Shown: positions 11,201 to 20,532, counted from the first letter of the stretch. The stretch: DNA of 64,000 bases from Bdellovibrionales bacterium (GCA_965262715.1 OZ253553.1:288001-352000); one strand, 5' to 3'. Numbers and translations: made by a program. The notes: generated from the letters alone by a model not told the origin.

Positions 11201-13589
11201 GACATGTCATGTTCAAGAGATCAATGATGATGGAGTTTGCAGACCGACTTGTCAAAGTTTAGCAGAAGCACAAGGATACACAGGTGATGGTGCATCAGAT
11301 ACATCGAATTGGACACATACTGCAAGTACTTGTGCAAGCCTCAATACGCAGCAGCTTTGGGGTTCTGATGACTGGATTAAGATTCCTCTTATAGATAACA
11401 AAGAACCTCAGGAAGTTACTGAAAATGGAGGAGAATGTTGTGGAAGACCACCGTCTGCATGTGACCCAAGTAAAGAATGTTGTGACACTGATAAGCACTC
11501 AGACTTAGGAGGAAGCAACGATAACTGTCCAGTGAATGGAGAGTGCGATACTCCTAATGATGGTTGCAAATACGGAGATAAAGAAAATGCAACACCTCCT
11601 GATGTAACATGGATATGTAAAGGTGAAAATAAAGGAGATGATAGCGGAGTTTGCGGCACATGTGACTCAGCTGTGAAATGTTGTGATAGTGATAAGCACT
11701 CAGATTTAGGAGGAAGCAACGATAAGTGTCCAGTGAATGGAGAGTGCAGTCCGACTGGATGTGATAAAGGAGATCCAGACCCAGATCCTCCAGATCTTAC
11801 TAAAACACGGACATGTAAAGGTAAAAATGGAGGAGATTCTGCAACTTGTGAACCAGATGTGACAAAAGTAAATGCAATATGCAACCCTACAGGATGCAGT
11901 GAGGGAACGGAAATAAAACATAATGATGGAACATGGATATGTAAAGGTGAAAATGGAGGAGATGATGCTCCTCAGACTCCTTGCCCACTTAATATTAATG
12001 GAAAGTGCAGTCCGACTGGATCTGGATGCTCTGCAGGAACTCAAAAGCCTGCTAATCCTAACTTATCTCTTAGTTCTACTGGATCCTGGACATGTAAAGG
12101 CATAGGTACAGGAAGTAACACTGGAACTTGTCCAAGAGATGGAAAGTGCAGCGATACTGGATGCGCTGTGGGAACTAAAAATCCACCAAATGCTCCACCT
12201 GGAACATGGATATGTGAAGGCATAGGTGGAGGTGGAGATAGCGCAACTTGCGGATGTAACCCAGCTAGTGAATGTTGTTCTGGTCAAACTTATGCAGAGA
12301 ATCCTGATCATTGTCCTATTACTGGTATAGATGGAGTATGTGGTACTATGCATACTGATCCATGTGGTAGTGGAGTCTCAAATCCATCTTTCCCAGCTCC
12401 TACTGCCACATGGATATGTAGAGGTATAGATGGAGGAGGAAGTAGCGCGACATGTTGTGATATACAATTCGGTTGCAGTCCAGGTGATCCCGTAGATGGA
12501 GTTTGTAATATCTCTAACGGATGCTCTTTTGGAGATCGATATCCAACTTCTGGTGGTGCAAAATGGAGATGCTTAGGTGTATTGGGAGGAGAAAGCGTTG
12601 ATTGTTGTGATTCCACTCAAACATGTTGTGATGGTGATACTTATTCCAGCAACTCTCATTGTTCTTTAGATGGAGTGTGCAGTTCTACTGGATGCACTGC
12701 TGGAGATCCAAACCCAAATCCTCCACCAAATCCCGGAACATGGATATGTGAAGGTAAAAATGGAGGAAAAGATAGTCTCACTTGCGGATGTAATCCAACT
12801 TTGAAATGTTGTCCTGGTCAAACCTGTACAGACAACCCCACTCATTGTACTTGTCCAATACCACCTCCAGCTTGTGGAGGTTATCTTCATGGCACAGGAG
12901 GCACATGTGCAGCAGGTAGTATTGTTAATGTGCTTACCAATACATCGCTGCTGTATAAATGGGAATGTAAAGCGGGTGGAAACACTGCGAATTGTCCTGC
13001 CCATGATAAATGTCATTGTGGCTCGTGCCCTCAACCACTACCACCAGGGTGTTGTAATTCCAGTGCAGCATGTTGCCCGAATGATGACTACAATAGCAAC
13101 CCTACTCATTGTATTCCTCCTCCAGTAGATGGAGTGTGCGATATTCCTAATCGTGACTGCGAGGAGGGAGAGAAGAAGACAATTAATGCTAAAAAGTGGG
13201 AATGTTTAGGTCAACATGCAGGACAAAAGGCCACTTGCGAAATTTCATGTGACTCAACTGTGAAATGTTGTGATGGAGAAGATGGTGATGACACATATGC
13301 AACTAACCACCTTTGCGAATGTCCTGGCCGTCTTCAAAGACTTACTGCTACTGACCCTTGTGTGTTCCTACTGGGACAATGTGGCCACTATTGTGGTGGA
13401 TGTCAAACTGGCAATGGTAGGAGCGGCCAAGGAGAAAACGAAGAATGTAAGCCAGGTAGTAGTGCAAATGATTTTCGGTGTACGTGGGAATGTGCCGGTG
13501 TAGGGGACTATAAGGGAAAAGCAATAGATAAAGATTGTCGGGGCTCTTATGATGGAGGTGGTATTTGCGCTGATCCGGGTATATGGTAA
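8193..13589 (+). CDS. Giant (~1800 aa) type IV pilin-like protein with long Cys-rich repeat C-terminus; putative adhesin
   Basis: Class III signal RGQQG|MMLVEIILIAVFLATVAVG; repeated (N/D)GxC, WICxGxxGG and CC motifs; the ORF-track start at 8100 lies inside the IS. Confidence 0.75.
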   Translation: MFKTCNFSSYLSLGTKRFTHRGQQGMMLVEIILIAVFLATVAVGTSYFFTQTKVTMSSSSQVTQCDTIAKQALESVVSLGARLYGYKIHHTGTDHFIFMYEPLFIKDDGGVVKDVGSGSELSFPPEMYNELYKSLGITPPTGDPQSNTGKPLIGATYPFDISTSTLIVNSVNALQYLYNSDNGFFTENSGDGKMYTVNGMNSGNMFSILEKYGDQFDLENLKFYIKISPINLQTEKPIASPPSKILTRPRFHNPQGAQLSPALNVLGDPEIGFEITIMLKYNRNDQGYRCNASHRFAHQIKPITATLSKAIHAAMVGLTTGAGQDLLTNSTLLLTSCDTDGAGYDDITVTVNFNGIQESQQIGTVILCQMNSYCRSYGDASYNGCNPQLGRWQRCHHIQPTGPDQDWKYASQLTNPQVLEMEFSDMKTDRRYELNVGEFSMAGRNLRKKMVSRFYIDAIRPTISSRSITNDAVGTPDDGGGGRDYDGLFTNWIKPGDSTNKWVQCNQDTVEFSASIEDQFTHNLEKCELEGEREDGNGTAATSPTLTSDCGGELSGVQQGRQTITFTPKDTCGGTNTKDLVWDTDLPSKFETHDFPNDPEWLKSTDKDAYLIKTVLPAKDTAGELPKHYSVDCNDNFMGSRARKDGDGGQLDCKLEGSKPYHDDGCNPIQFSTKYHHVCGGTGSGVCKDTEWSVYVPHKPTCTGPSCKCTNVQCEPQLICCDGFRNECGTVGTDECETNSYPNSCSNPKGGGRTQQDSASGCPPLGLYDCHYDLPCNSTSPCSETGPTSACVGRRQGNSCSYSKSGTCQPTGSTDLTCDTSGTYTIGCDSGSCTVSCAQSCRTPCSHTCYDTCYNTCSQQQCDLNGLNCQTVSVQCNPYNCNPHRCHACDVYQYTPTPRTHTVSFSGACGVPSGGCPDLGVGGGNLSSERCDARPASCALELGVTPPPCDSTVECCPSTGDTFPSNSNCPSDCVKANGKACCLVSEGGDCTGQFCATNCASSGTCHVQEINDDGVCRPTCQSLAEAQGYTGDGASDTSNWTHTASTCASLNTQQLWGSDDWIKIPLIDNKEPQEVTENGGECCGRPPSACDPSKECCDTDKHSDLGGSNDNCPVNGECDTPNDGCKYGDKENATPPDVTWICKGENKGDDSGVCGTCDSAVKCCDSDKHSDLGGSNDKCPVNGECSPTGCDKGDPDPDPPDLTKTRTCKGKNGGDSATCEPDVTKVNAICNPTGCSEGTEIKHNDGTWICKGENGGDDAPQTPCPLNINGKCSPTGSGCSAGTQKPANPNLSLSSTGSWTCKGIGTGSNTGTCPRDGKCSDTGCAVGTKNPPNAPPGTWICEGIGGGGDSATCGCNPASECCSGQTYAENPDHCPITGIDGVCGTMHTDPCGSGVSNPSFPAPTATWICRGIDGGGSSATCCDIQFGCSPGDPVDGVCNISNGCSFGDRYPTSGGAKWRCLGVLGGESVDCCDSTQTCCDGDTYSSNSHCSLDGVCSSTGCTAGDPNPNPPPNPGTWICEGKNGGKDSLTCGCNPTLKCCPGQTCTDNPTHCTCPIPPPACGGYLHGTGGTCAAGSIVNVLTNTSLLYKWECKAGGNTANCPAHDKCHCGSCPQPLPPGCCNSSAACCPNDDYNSNPTHCIPPPVDGVCDIPNRDCEEGEKKTINAKKWECLGQHAGQKATCEISCDSTVKCCDGEDGDDTYATNHLCECPGRLQRLTATDPCVFLLGQCGHYCGGCQTGNGRSGQGENEECKPGSSANDFRCTWECAGVGDYKGKAIDKDCRGSYDGGGICADPGIW

Positions 13590-13805
13590 TTGTACACAAG
13601 CTGTGAAATAAAAACAGTGATATCTTTAAATAAGAATGTAAAAATGATTGTGAAGGTGTAAGCTGTATAACAGGAACCTGCTTTAATTATAAAGAGTGTA
13701 GTCGGTTTTCCTTTGAATAAGATATCTTGTATAACTCTTTTTTATAATTAGTGCTTGTAACAGATGAAAATATCATGTTATTGAAGTCTCATTTATGAGG
13801 TGATT

Positions 13806-14000
13806 ATGAGACTTCGAATAGATATTTGTTATAGCGGTCAGGGTTATCAAGGTTGGCAAATTCAACCTCACACCCAAATGACGATTCAAGAACAAATACA
13901 AAAAGTGCTTAACTTAAAATCATCTTTTAAAAGGCTTGTATGCAGTAACACAACTTATAAGCTATCGTATATAAAATCAGTTATGAAAAAGACTATTTGA
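13806..14000 (+). pseudogene. truA: truA 5' fragment
   Basis: MRLRIDICYSGQGYQGWQIQPH..TIQEQIQKVL resembles the TruA N-terminus; similarity ends before the catalytic GRTD motif. Confidence 0.65.
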
Positions 14001-14202
14001 TGGTAATTCTCTTTTAAAGTGGATTATAATGCATTAAAAAAAGATGACTGTATTCCCATTTCCTAATATTGAGCTTTTAGTAAAACTTTTCTTCCAAAGA
14101 ACACAGCCACCTACTTTCATTGCTTTATCTAAGAATAAAGGCATTTTCATTAAATGTCATTAGACCAAACGTAGGTATTTTGCTTAATCACTCAAAATTC
14201 TC

Positions 14203-14347
14203 TTTCCCTAAAAATAGTCTCGCCTCTGGCGACTTTCTGGTAATGACCCTGACGGTTCTTACCGTCAGCAATTAGGTCATTACCTAGAAAGCTTGACTAT
14301 TTTTAGGAAGGAGACTCCTTTCATTCTTTAACATAATGTTAAGGAAA
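14203..14347 (-). repeat. Structured element A, copy 1
   Basis: Nested stems; CCAGAGG hairpin and TTTCCTTAAC start on the minus strand. Confidence 0.85.
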
Positions 14348-14521
14348 CTGTTTCACTTAAAATGCATCTGACCTCTCGAGGCAAGCCTCTTGAGGCGAGC
14401 CTCTGGTTGTTTTCTGGCAATGATGATGGCCTTACGCTATTAGAAAATGGTCATTGCCTAAAAAATCTGTTTATTTTGAGTAGACAGATTCTCCTCATTT
14501 TTTAATACAATGTTAAGGAAA
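14348..14521 (-). repeat. Structured element A, copy 2 (tandem with copy 1)
   Basis: Same architecture, with extra GAGGC-GAGCCTC palindrome units. Confidence 0.8.
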
Positions 14522-14630
14522 TCGTTCCTTTAAGAAATAAAAATTGAGATTGGTAGCGGTTTGTGGTAAAAGTTAGCTTTCTTCATGAGTATATTATATA
14601 ATAAGAATGAACAGCGGGAATATATAAGAT

Positions 14631-15209
14631 ATGGAAACCCAAAGAGATGTAACAATTCAAATACAAGATACACCAAATCCTCAGGCTAAAAAGTTTATTT
14701 TTAATACACAGCTTGTTGAAGAGCCTGTGGAGTTTGTAGATGGCCTGTCAGCAAATGCCTCTCCTTTAGCCTCTAAAATATTTGGATTTCCATGGGCAAA
14801 CTCTGTTTATATTGGAGAAAACTTTGTTTCTATCACAAAACAAGACTGGGTGGATTGGGAACTACTGCAAGAACCTATCTCTCAATTGCTTTTAGATCAT
14901 ATAAAGTCAGAAGAGCCTATTATTATAAAAGAATCTGTGTCCAATGGGTCGTCAGACATCTTAGATTCAGATACAGAGGAAGTCCAAAAAATCAAAATGA
15001 TTATTAATAGAGATATTCGTCCTTTTGTGGCTATGGATGGAGGAGATATCACTTTTAGTAAATACGAGGATCACATTGTCTATGTTGCAATGAGAGGCGC
15101 TTGTAGTGGATGTCCTAGCTCTCAAGCAACTCTTAAAGACGGAGTGGAAAGGCTTTTAAAGCAAGCTCTTCCTGAAGTCCAAGGAGTAGTTGCCGCATCT
15201 TCTCTATAA
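14631..15209 (+). CDS. nfuA: NifU/NfuA-family Fe-S carrier
   Basis: TPNP N-domain; DGGDI and GACSGCPSS motifs. Confidence 0.85.
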   Translation: METQRDVTIQIQDTPNPQAKKFIFNTQLVEEPVEFVDGLSANASPLASKIFGFPWANSVYIGENFVSITKQDWVDWELLQEPISQLLLDHIKSEEPIIIKESVSNGSSDILDSDTEEVQKIKMIINRDIRPFVAMDGGDITFSKYEDHIVYVAMRGACSGCPSSQATLKDGVERLLKQALPEVQGVVAASSL

Positions 15210-15229
15210 TAATACGTGCGAAAGTAGTG

Positions 15230-15832
15230 CTATAACTGCTTGCTTTCAGTTGTTTGGTCCCATGCAAAAGATCGAATAATGTTATTACATTCTCTCAAAG
15301 AGCTTTGGAATGAGTTGACATTGTCAATACAAGTTAGGATAACAGCTTTCTCTCTTCTTTTGAAGAACACGACTTGTCGTACTTGTTTTTCAGTTTCTGT
15401 ATTTTTGACATCTATCACATAACTTCTTTCATTTTTATGTTGAAAGGGTCTTGATCCTAAAATGCGGTAACCTAACTTTGCATAGTCTCCCATCCATTGC
15501 TCGACATATTCTTTGATGTTTTTAGCTTTACCGACATTTTTATCTACTCTTACTGTCATAATAGGTTGAAAACCGTTTGTAACAACTGGAGATCTAAATA
15601 AGAGATGGATATTTTTTTTATCCTCTGGTGCGGGAGAGTTAAACCATGAGGTATCTAATTGACTGAAAAGAAACCCTTCATCACTCCTCAGTGTTTGAAA
15701 TGCCTTAGATTCTGGATCGGATGGTTTAGGCGCATCTGGTGCTGCAGAAGCGACTGCAGAGATCAACATGAGTGAAGTGAATAAATATCTACAAACTTTT
15801 AGGTCATGGTGTAATTGTTTTTTATTTTCCAT
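15230..15832 (-). CDS. Secreted hypothetical protein (possibly PsbP/DcrB-like)
   Basis: Signal peptide; fold call is tentative. Confidence 0.5.
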   Translation of the reverse strand: MENKKQLHHDLKVCRYLFTSLMLISAVASAAPDAPKPSDPESKAFQTLRSDEGFLFSQLDTSWFNSPAPEDKKNIHLLFRSPVVTNGFQPIMTVRVDKNVGKAKNIKEYVEQWMGDYAKLGYRILGSRPFQHKNERSYVIDVKNTETEKQVRQVVFFKRREKAVILTCIDNVNSFQSSLRECNNIIRSFAWDQTTESKQL

Positions 15833-16065
15833 TGTTCTTCCTCAGGTTTTGATTATTTTTGTATTGACTTTATTTCATTTAAGCAAATTTTATAGACTTT
15901 GAAAAGCACAATCTGATGTAAATATTTATAAAATCATAAGGAAATGAAAAAAATGGGTATAACCAGAAAAAACCCTATTTAATAAGAGTTGAGTGAACTT
16001 AAAATGGTCTAAAATCCAGTAAACAGAAGATTGAAAGTGAAACAGTTTCCCTAACATCAGTTACT

Positions 16066-16365
16066 TCATGTATTTTGGCATAATTTATAAAGATAAGCAC
16101 CAAGTTTATCAGCTTCCTTTATGAGCTGGATATGACCAATAATATCTAATATAGCTTGAGTTTCTCTTAATGATCCAAAGGCAATTCTATAGAACTTTCT
16201 ACGGTCTTTAGCTGTTGCTTTAGCACTACCTTCAGCTAAATTAAGTACAATACTTAAAGAAGCTCTGTTGAATTGGTTTCTAAGTGGCTCTTTCAATCTC
16301 AACTGACTTGCTTGATGATAGAATTTAATAGCTAACTGATAAGTTTTGAATTTTTGCATTGTCAT
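16066..16365 (-). CDS. Four-helix-bundle protein (23S rRNA IVP / Avd-like)
   Basis: QFNRASLSIVLNLAEG and FYRIAFGSLRET family motifs; AGGAGG RBS. Confidence 0.88.
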   Translation of the reverse strand: MTMQKFKTYQLAIKFYHQASQLRLKEPLRNQFNRASLSIVLNLAEGSAKATAKDRRKFYRIAFGSLRETQAILDIIGHIQLIKEADKLGAYLYKLCQNT

Positions 16366-16434
16366 AAAAAATTCCTCCTTTATTAAACCCGCCAGGGCCT
16401 GGGAGGAAATTTTTTAAATGCAAAAATTCAAAAC
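16343..16434 (-). promoter_or_regulatory. Long inverted repeat pairing the RBS and first codons of the four-helix-bundle gene
   Basis: GTTTTGAATTTTTGCATT..AAAAAATTCCTCC versus GGAGGAAATTTTTT.AATGCAAAAATTCAAAAC. Confidence 0.7.
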
Positions 16435-16507
16435 AGATACTGTGTACGTTCTGAGACATAGGTTACAGAATGTTCTTGATTGCCTGTTTGCCAGAATTAA
16501 GTGGTTA

Positions 16508-16700
16508 TTGTTTTTTAGAAAAACAAGGAAAAAAATCTTTGGGGCGATGATTTGATATTTATGGCAAAGCCAAGTAGTCCTCAGGCTGTCGCCTTGCGGA
16601 AGAACTTGTCTTTTTGCCATAAATATCAAATTTTGACTTGTTATAAAGATTTAGATGATTTGTAAGGGAGAAAGAGAAGAAGATAGTAAAAGTTTTCCTT
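16508..16700 (+). repeat. Structured element B, copy 1
   Basis: TTGTTTTTTAGAAAAACAAGGAAA start; TTTGATATTTATGGCAAA/TTTGCCATAAATATCAAA stem; GTCCTC and TGCGGAAGA motifs. Confidence 0.85.
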
Positions 16701-16751
16701 ATTATCATTTGCGTTCAATTCCTCTATTTGAGAAAACCAAATATTGAGAGC

Positions 16752-16830
16752 GAAAAGAATAAGAGGTGATAAGAGCTAATGATAAAAATGAGAAGAAGCT
16801 CGCTTCACGAGTCTGGCCTCAGGGTAATGG
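16752..16830 (+). repeat. Module C, copy 1
   Basis: Similar to the reverse complement of 32974-33052 (CACGAGTCTGGCCTCA core). Confidence 0.7.
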
Positions 16831-16863
16831 TTTTGAAATTAGCTAAATAAATTGAAGGTCCAG

Positions 16864-16938
16864 CTCAACATTTTGTTAAAAAAGAAAGCGTATCTGTTCT
16901 ACTCAAAATAAACGGATTTTCTAAGCGATGACCATTTT
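16864..16938 (+). repeat. Truncated element A, copy 3
   Basis: CTACTCAAAATAAACGGATTTT shared with the copy at 57584; cut off by the next A copy. Confidence 0.65.
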
Positions 16939-17080
16939 CCTTAACATTGTGTTAAGGGACGAAGGTATCCTGCCTACAAAAAATGCATCAGGCTTTCTAG
17001 GCGATAACCATTTTCTGATGGAGCCATCAGGGTTATCGCCAGAAAGTGACCAGAGGTCAGATGCATTTTTTGTGAAACAG
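16936..17080 (+). repeat. Structured element A, copy 4 (overlaps mutY 3' end)
   Basis: GGCGATAACC/GGTTATCGCC, TGACC-AGA-GGTCA and AAAATGCATC/GATGCATTTT stems. Confidence 0.9.
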
Positions 17081-18073
17081 TGTCTTTGCAATAAGACTTG
17101 TTGGACTGTATTTTTTGATTTGAGGGAGATCGACCCATTGCTTTTGGGTAGTATCAAAGTCAAAGTCGTCTGATTGGAAATGTTTTTTTTGCATTTGTAC
17201 ATAAATATTATGATGAGTGATGGTGTGCTTGAAATCAAAAACTTCAGGAGGGTTTTTTAGTTTTTGAATTTGTCCAGGCCATATCCATTGTCCTTTTAAA
17301 AAAGCAGAATGATGATTTTTTACTAGTAGGACTTTATTCTTATAGCGATGATGATGATAGATTAAGGGTTTCCAAAGCCATGGCTCAGGCTTACGTCGCA
17401 ATCTCATTAAAGGCACGGTTTCTATTTGATGATGTTGATAACTTTTACATGTTTTTTGTAGAGGGCAGATATGGCAATTTGGAGATTGTGGTAAGCATAC
17501 TTTTGCACCTATTTCTATAAGTGCTTGATTGATATCTGCTACTTGATTGTCTTTTGCCCATTGATCAGCAAGGGATTGAAAATGTGAACGTCCTTGTGTA
17601 GTCCACCACTTTTCTTTGATCAAATGATAACGAGCTAAAAAACGAATCACATTACCGTCTAAGACTCCTACTTTTTGCCCAAAAGTAAAACTTGCAATAG
17701 CTCTACTCGTATAAGGGCCTATTCCTGGTAGAGCGATAAGTTTTTGCCAAGCCTTTGGAAATTGACCTTTATATTTTTTAAGGATAACTTGAGCTGTTTT
17801 ATGAATATTTTTAGCTCGTGTATAATAACCTAAACCGCTCCAAGCTTCTAAAACGTCATTTTCATTGGCTATGGCAAGGCTTTGGAGTGAGGGAAATTTT
17901 TTGAAAAATGCCTCATAGTAGGGAATAACGGTCACAGAAGTTGTTTGTTGCAACATGATTTCTGAAATCCAGATTTTATAAGGGTCTAGAGCTTTTTTTT
18001 GTGTTTCTCTCCATGGCAACTTGCGTCTATTTTGAAAATACCAATTTAGGAGTAACTTTTTTTTATTCATCAC
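17057..18073 (-). CDS. mutY: A/G-specific adenine glycosylase
   Basis: ISEIMLQQT, WSGLGYY, LPGIGPYT, DGNVIR and the CX6CX2CX5C Fe-S motif. Confidence 0.93.
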   Translation of the reverse strand: MMNKKKLLLNWYFQNRRKLPWRETQKKALDPYKIWISEIMLQQTTSVTVIPYYEAFFKKFPSLQSLAIANENDVLEAWSGLGYYTRAKNIHKTAQVILKKYKGQFPKAWQKLIALPGIGPYTSRAIASFTFGQKVGVLDGNVIRFLARYHLIKEKWWTTQGRSHFQSLADQWAKDNQVADINQALIEIGAKVCLPQSPNCHICPLQKTCKSYQHHQIETVPLMRLRRKPEPWLWKPLIYHHHRYKNKVLLVKNHHSAFLKGQWIWPGQIQKLKNPPEVFDFKHTITHHNIYVQMQKKHFQSDDFDFDTTQKQWVDLPQIKKYSPTSLIAKTLFHKKCI

Positions 18074-18294
18074 TTTTAAAAATCCAATTTATATAAAACT
18101 TTACATTATTAAAATAAATGTAATAAAGTACTTAGGTTTACGAATAGTGAAGTCTAAAAATATCCAAAATATTGATGGTTGTTACAGTTTATTTACCAAG
18201 AAACCTCTCATTTATATCTGTAAGTGTAAAGATATTTTTTGATGTTTTATTGAAGTTAATAGTCAGTTTTTATAGATCACTAAAGTAAGGTAAG

Positions 18295-18979
18295 ATGGTA
18301 GAGCATATCTCTGATCCTACACAGCTTTCTTTTGTTATGATTCTACTTTTAGGGCTTTCTTTATCTGTTCTTAGCGGTGCTGTGGGACCTTTTGTATTGG
18401 CAAGTAAGACAAGCTCCTTAATTGGTAGTGTTTCTCATGCCATATTGGCAGCTGTGGGCATTGCTGTTTATTTTGATTGGAATCAATCTCTATCAAAAAG
18501 GATATGATGGAGAAGAAATCATGCATGTTCTATTTGGCAACATAAAGCATCTTAATGAACAAGATATTGTTATTTTATGTGTAGGCAGTTTGAGTGTAGT
18601 AGGATTTGTTGTATATTATTTTAAGAAGTTTTCTAATATGGTTTTTGATCTTGGACGGTCAAAGCATCTAACACCTTCATCTCATTTGATATATTTATTT
18701 CTTTTAGGACTTATTTCCTTCACTGTGATACTGATGGTGAAATTTGTAGGGATTGTTTTGGTTTTATCTTTACTTTCTCTGCCAGCAGCAATAGCTACAC
18801 GATTGACTCAAAAAATGCATCAACAGATTTTTTATGGGATTGTTTTAGCAATGATCATGACATTTGGAGGCTTAAAATTGTCTTTTTTACTTTATTGGCC
18901 TATAGGGGCTACAATCACATTATTTAGCGGGATTTGTTATTTGCCATTTTTATTTAACAGAAAAAATAAAACTATTTGA
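18295..18979 (+). pseudogene. Zn/Mn ABC transporter permease (ZnuB/MntB-like), frameshifted and probably internally deleted
   Basis: N-part (SVSHAIL) and C-part (LFGNI, VGIVLV..LPAA) lie in different frames; total length is short. Confidence 0.7.
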
Positions 18980-19386
18980 AATATGGACATAATCATAGTA
19001 AGAATAATCTTTATAAGGATATATTTGTGAAAGAGATCATATCGAGATTTTATCAAGTCACCATTATTATTGTTTTTATTGTGATTTTTGTATCTTGTTC
19101 TTCATCATTAAAACAAAATAACCAAGGCTCTGCCCAAGATTCAGAAGAGCCGGCACAAGAAATGAAACCGGAATGGTTAGAATGTAAGGCAAATATGGAT
19201 TGTATAAAAGTAAAAGGTTTTTGCAAAATGCCAGCAGTGGTTCATGGAAAATACAAAGAAGCTTTTTTAGATTTTGTTAAGCAGAATAAAAATCCTATTG
19301 ATTGTAGTAGATATAAAGGTATAGATTATGATTCTATTGTAGAAGCTGCTTGTGAAAATAAGCAGTGCAAATTGATCATACCTTGA
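18976..19386 (+). CDS. Small Cys-containing lipoprotein
   Basis: IFVSC lipobox; several Cys; start uncertain. Confidence 0.55.
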   Translation: MKYGHNHSKNNLYKDIFVKEIISRFYQVTIIIVFIVIFVSCSSSLKQNNQGSAQDSEEPAQEMKPEWLECKANMDCIKVKGFCKMPAVVHGKYKEAFLDFVKQNKNPIDCSRYKGIDYDSIVEAACENKQCKLIIP

Positions 19387-19407
19387 TCTTAAAACTAAGT
19401 CTTTATT

Positions 19408-19498
19408 CATAAAATTATGTAAAAGTTTCATATCTATTATGTTATTTTTTCACAATCTTGGTCCATCTGGACAACAAATGTCACTTTTTTCTAACTCT
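19408..19498 (+). repeat. ~85-bp intergenic direct repeat, copy 1
   Basis: Similar to 20533-20612 and 23642-23732. Confidence 0.85.
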
Positions 19499-19714
19499 TA
19501 TCTCAAGATTTTTGTCAGTTTGAAAAATTATTTACAATATCTTTGTTATTTTGGTATAATAAATAAAGACTTTATTGTACAAGTGTCTCCACAATGAACG
19601 ATTTTTACAGAATTGTTACTTGTAAGCTTCTGGACACCTAATAAATAAGTGGTTAGATAGGCTGGCAAGTGTTAAATTGTTGATGTTTATGCAATAATCT
19701 TATAAACGTGTGGT

Positions 19715-20002
19715 ATGAGGGATAGAGTTGATTTTTCAAAAGTAGAAAAATATCTCAAACGGTTGCCAAAAAGGATATATGAATTATTTTTTATATGGGT
19801 TGATTTTATTGAGAAAGATGGATGGGAACATACAAGGCATTTGAAGGTATATAAAGATCATACTCTCAAAGGTTTTTGGAAAGGGTTTAGGTCAGTTAGC
19901 TTAAAATGGTCTTATAGGATTATCTATCAACACCAAAAAGATGGGAAAATAAATATTATTAAAATAGAAAGGATCAGCAAGCATGACTATAAAAAAAGCT
20001 AG
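19715..20002 (+). CDS. RelE/HigB-family mRNA interferase toxin
   Basis: YKDHTLKG.WKGFRSVSL..SYRIIY; toxin-first order, overlapping an HTH gene. Confidence 0.8.
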   Translation: MRDRVDFSKVEKYLKRLPKRIYELFFIWVDFIEKDGWEHTRHLKVYKDHTLKGFWKGFRSVSLKWSYRIIYQHQKDGKINIIKIERISKHDYKKS

Positions 20003-20345
20003 GCAAACAGCATCTCAGAAACTAGCAAAAAGATATGGTCCTCTTAGAATAGGTAGTGTTTTAAGGTTACATAGACAAGGGGATAAAATCACTCAACTTA
20101 AAATGGCTAAAAAATTAGGTGTTACTCAAAAAGAACTTAGAGAGATTGAAAATAACCGATTGCTTCCATTAGTGAATTTTGTACATAAGGCTGCTTTAGT
20201 ATTTAAAAGCAGTCCTAAAAGCTTTGAGAGAATCTTAAAAGAACAAATAAAAAGAGAAAAACCAAATAAGCTTATAAAGTTTCAAGCAACAGCAACTCAA
20301 CTTTTATCAATGATTCAAGCTGTATCAAGAGATAAAACTCAATAG
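19983..20345 (+). CDS. HigA-like Xre HTH antitoxin
   Basis: ITQLKMAKKLGVTQKELREIEN. Confidence 0.75.
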   Translation: MTIKKARQTASQKLAKRYGPLRIGSVLRLHRQGDKITQLKMAKKLGVTQKELREIENNRLLPLVNFVHKAALVFKSSPKSFERILKEQIKREKPNKLIKFQATATQLLSMIQAVSRDKTQ

Positions 20346-20532
20346 GTCATCAAAAATTCATCATTTTATTAGTTAAGAGTATTTAAAATTGAATAATCTT
20401 TCTTATTTTGAATAGAACGCTTTGTTTGCCAAAGTTGAGTTTTCCAGTTCTCTGGAATCTGGAAGTTATAGAAGTCAAGTTGGATACAAGTGCAGATAGA
20501 TTAATAAGAATCAATTCTATATAAGAATATTT

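Noticed and set aside
10429..13599. Many antisense and alternate-frame ORFs in the giant gene
   Set aside because: Shadows of Cys/Gly-rich repetitive coding sequence
8193..16365. Diversity-generating retroelement (Avd-like gene near a repetitive adhesin)
   Set aside because: No reverse transcriptase in the window; mismatches in the repeat pair checked (11476 vs 11677) are C/T and C/G, not adenine-specific
16414..17238. Short ORFs 16414-16629, 16921-17238 and 16928-17173
   Set aside because: They run through non-coding repeats B/A or overlap mutY
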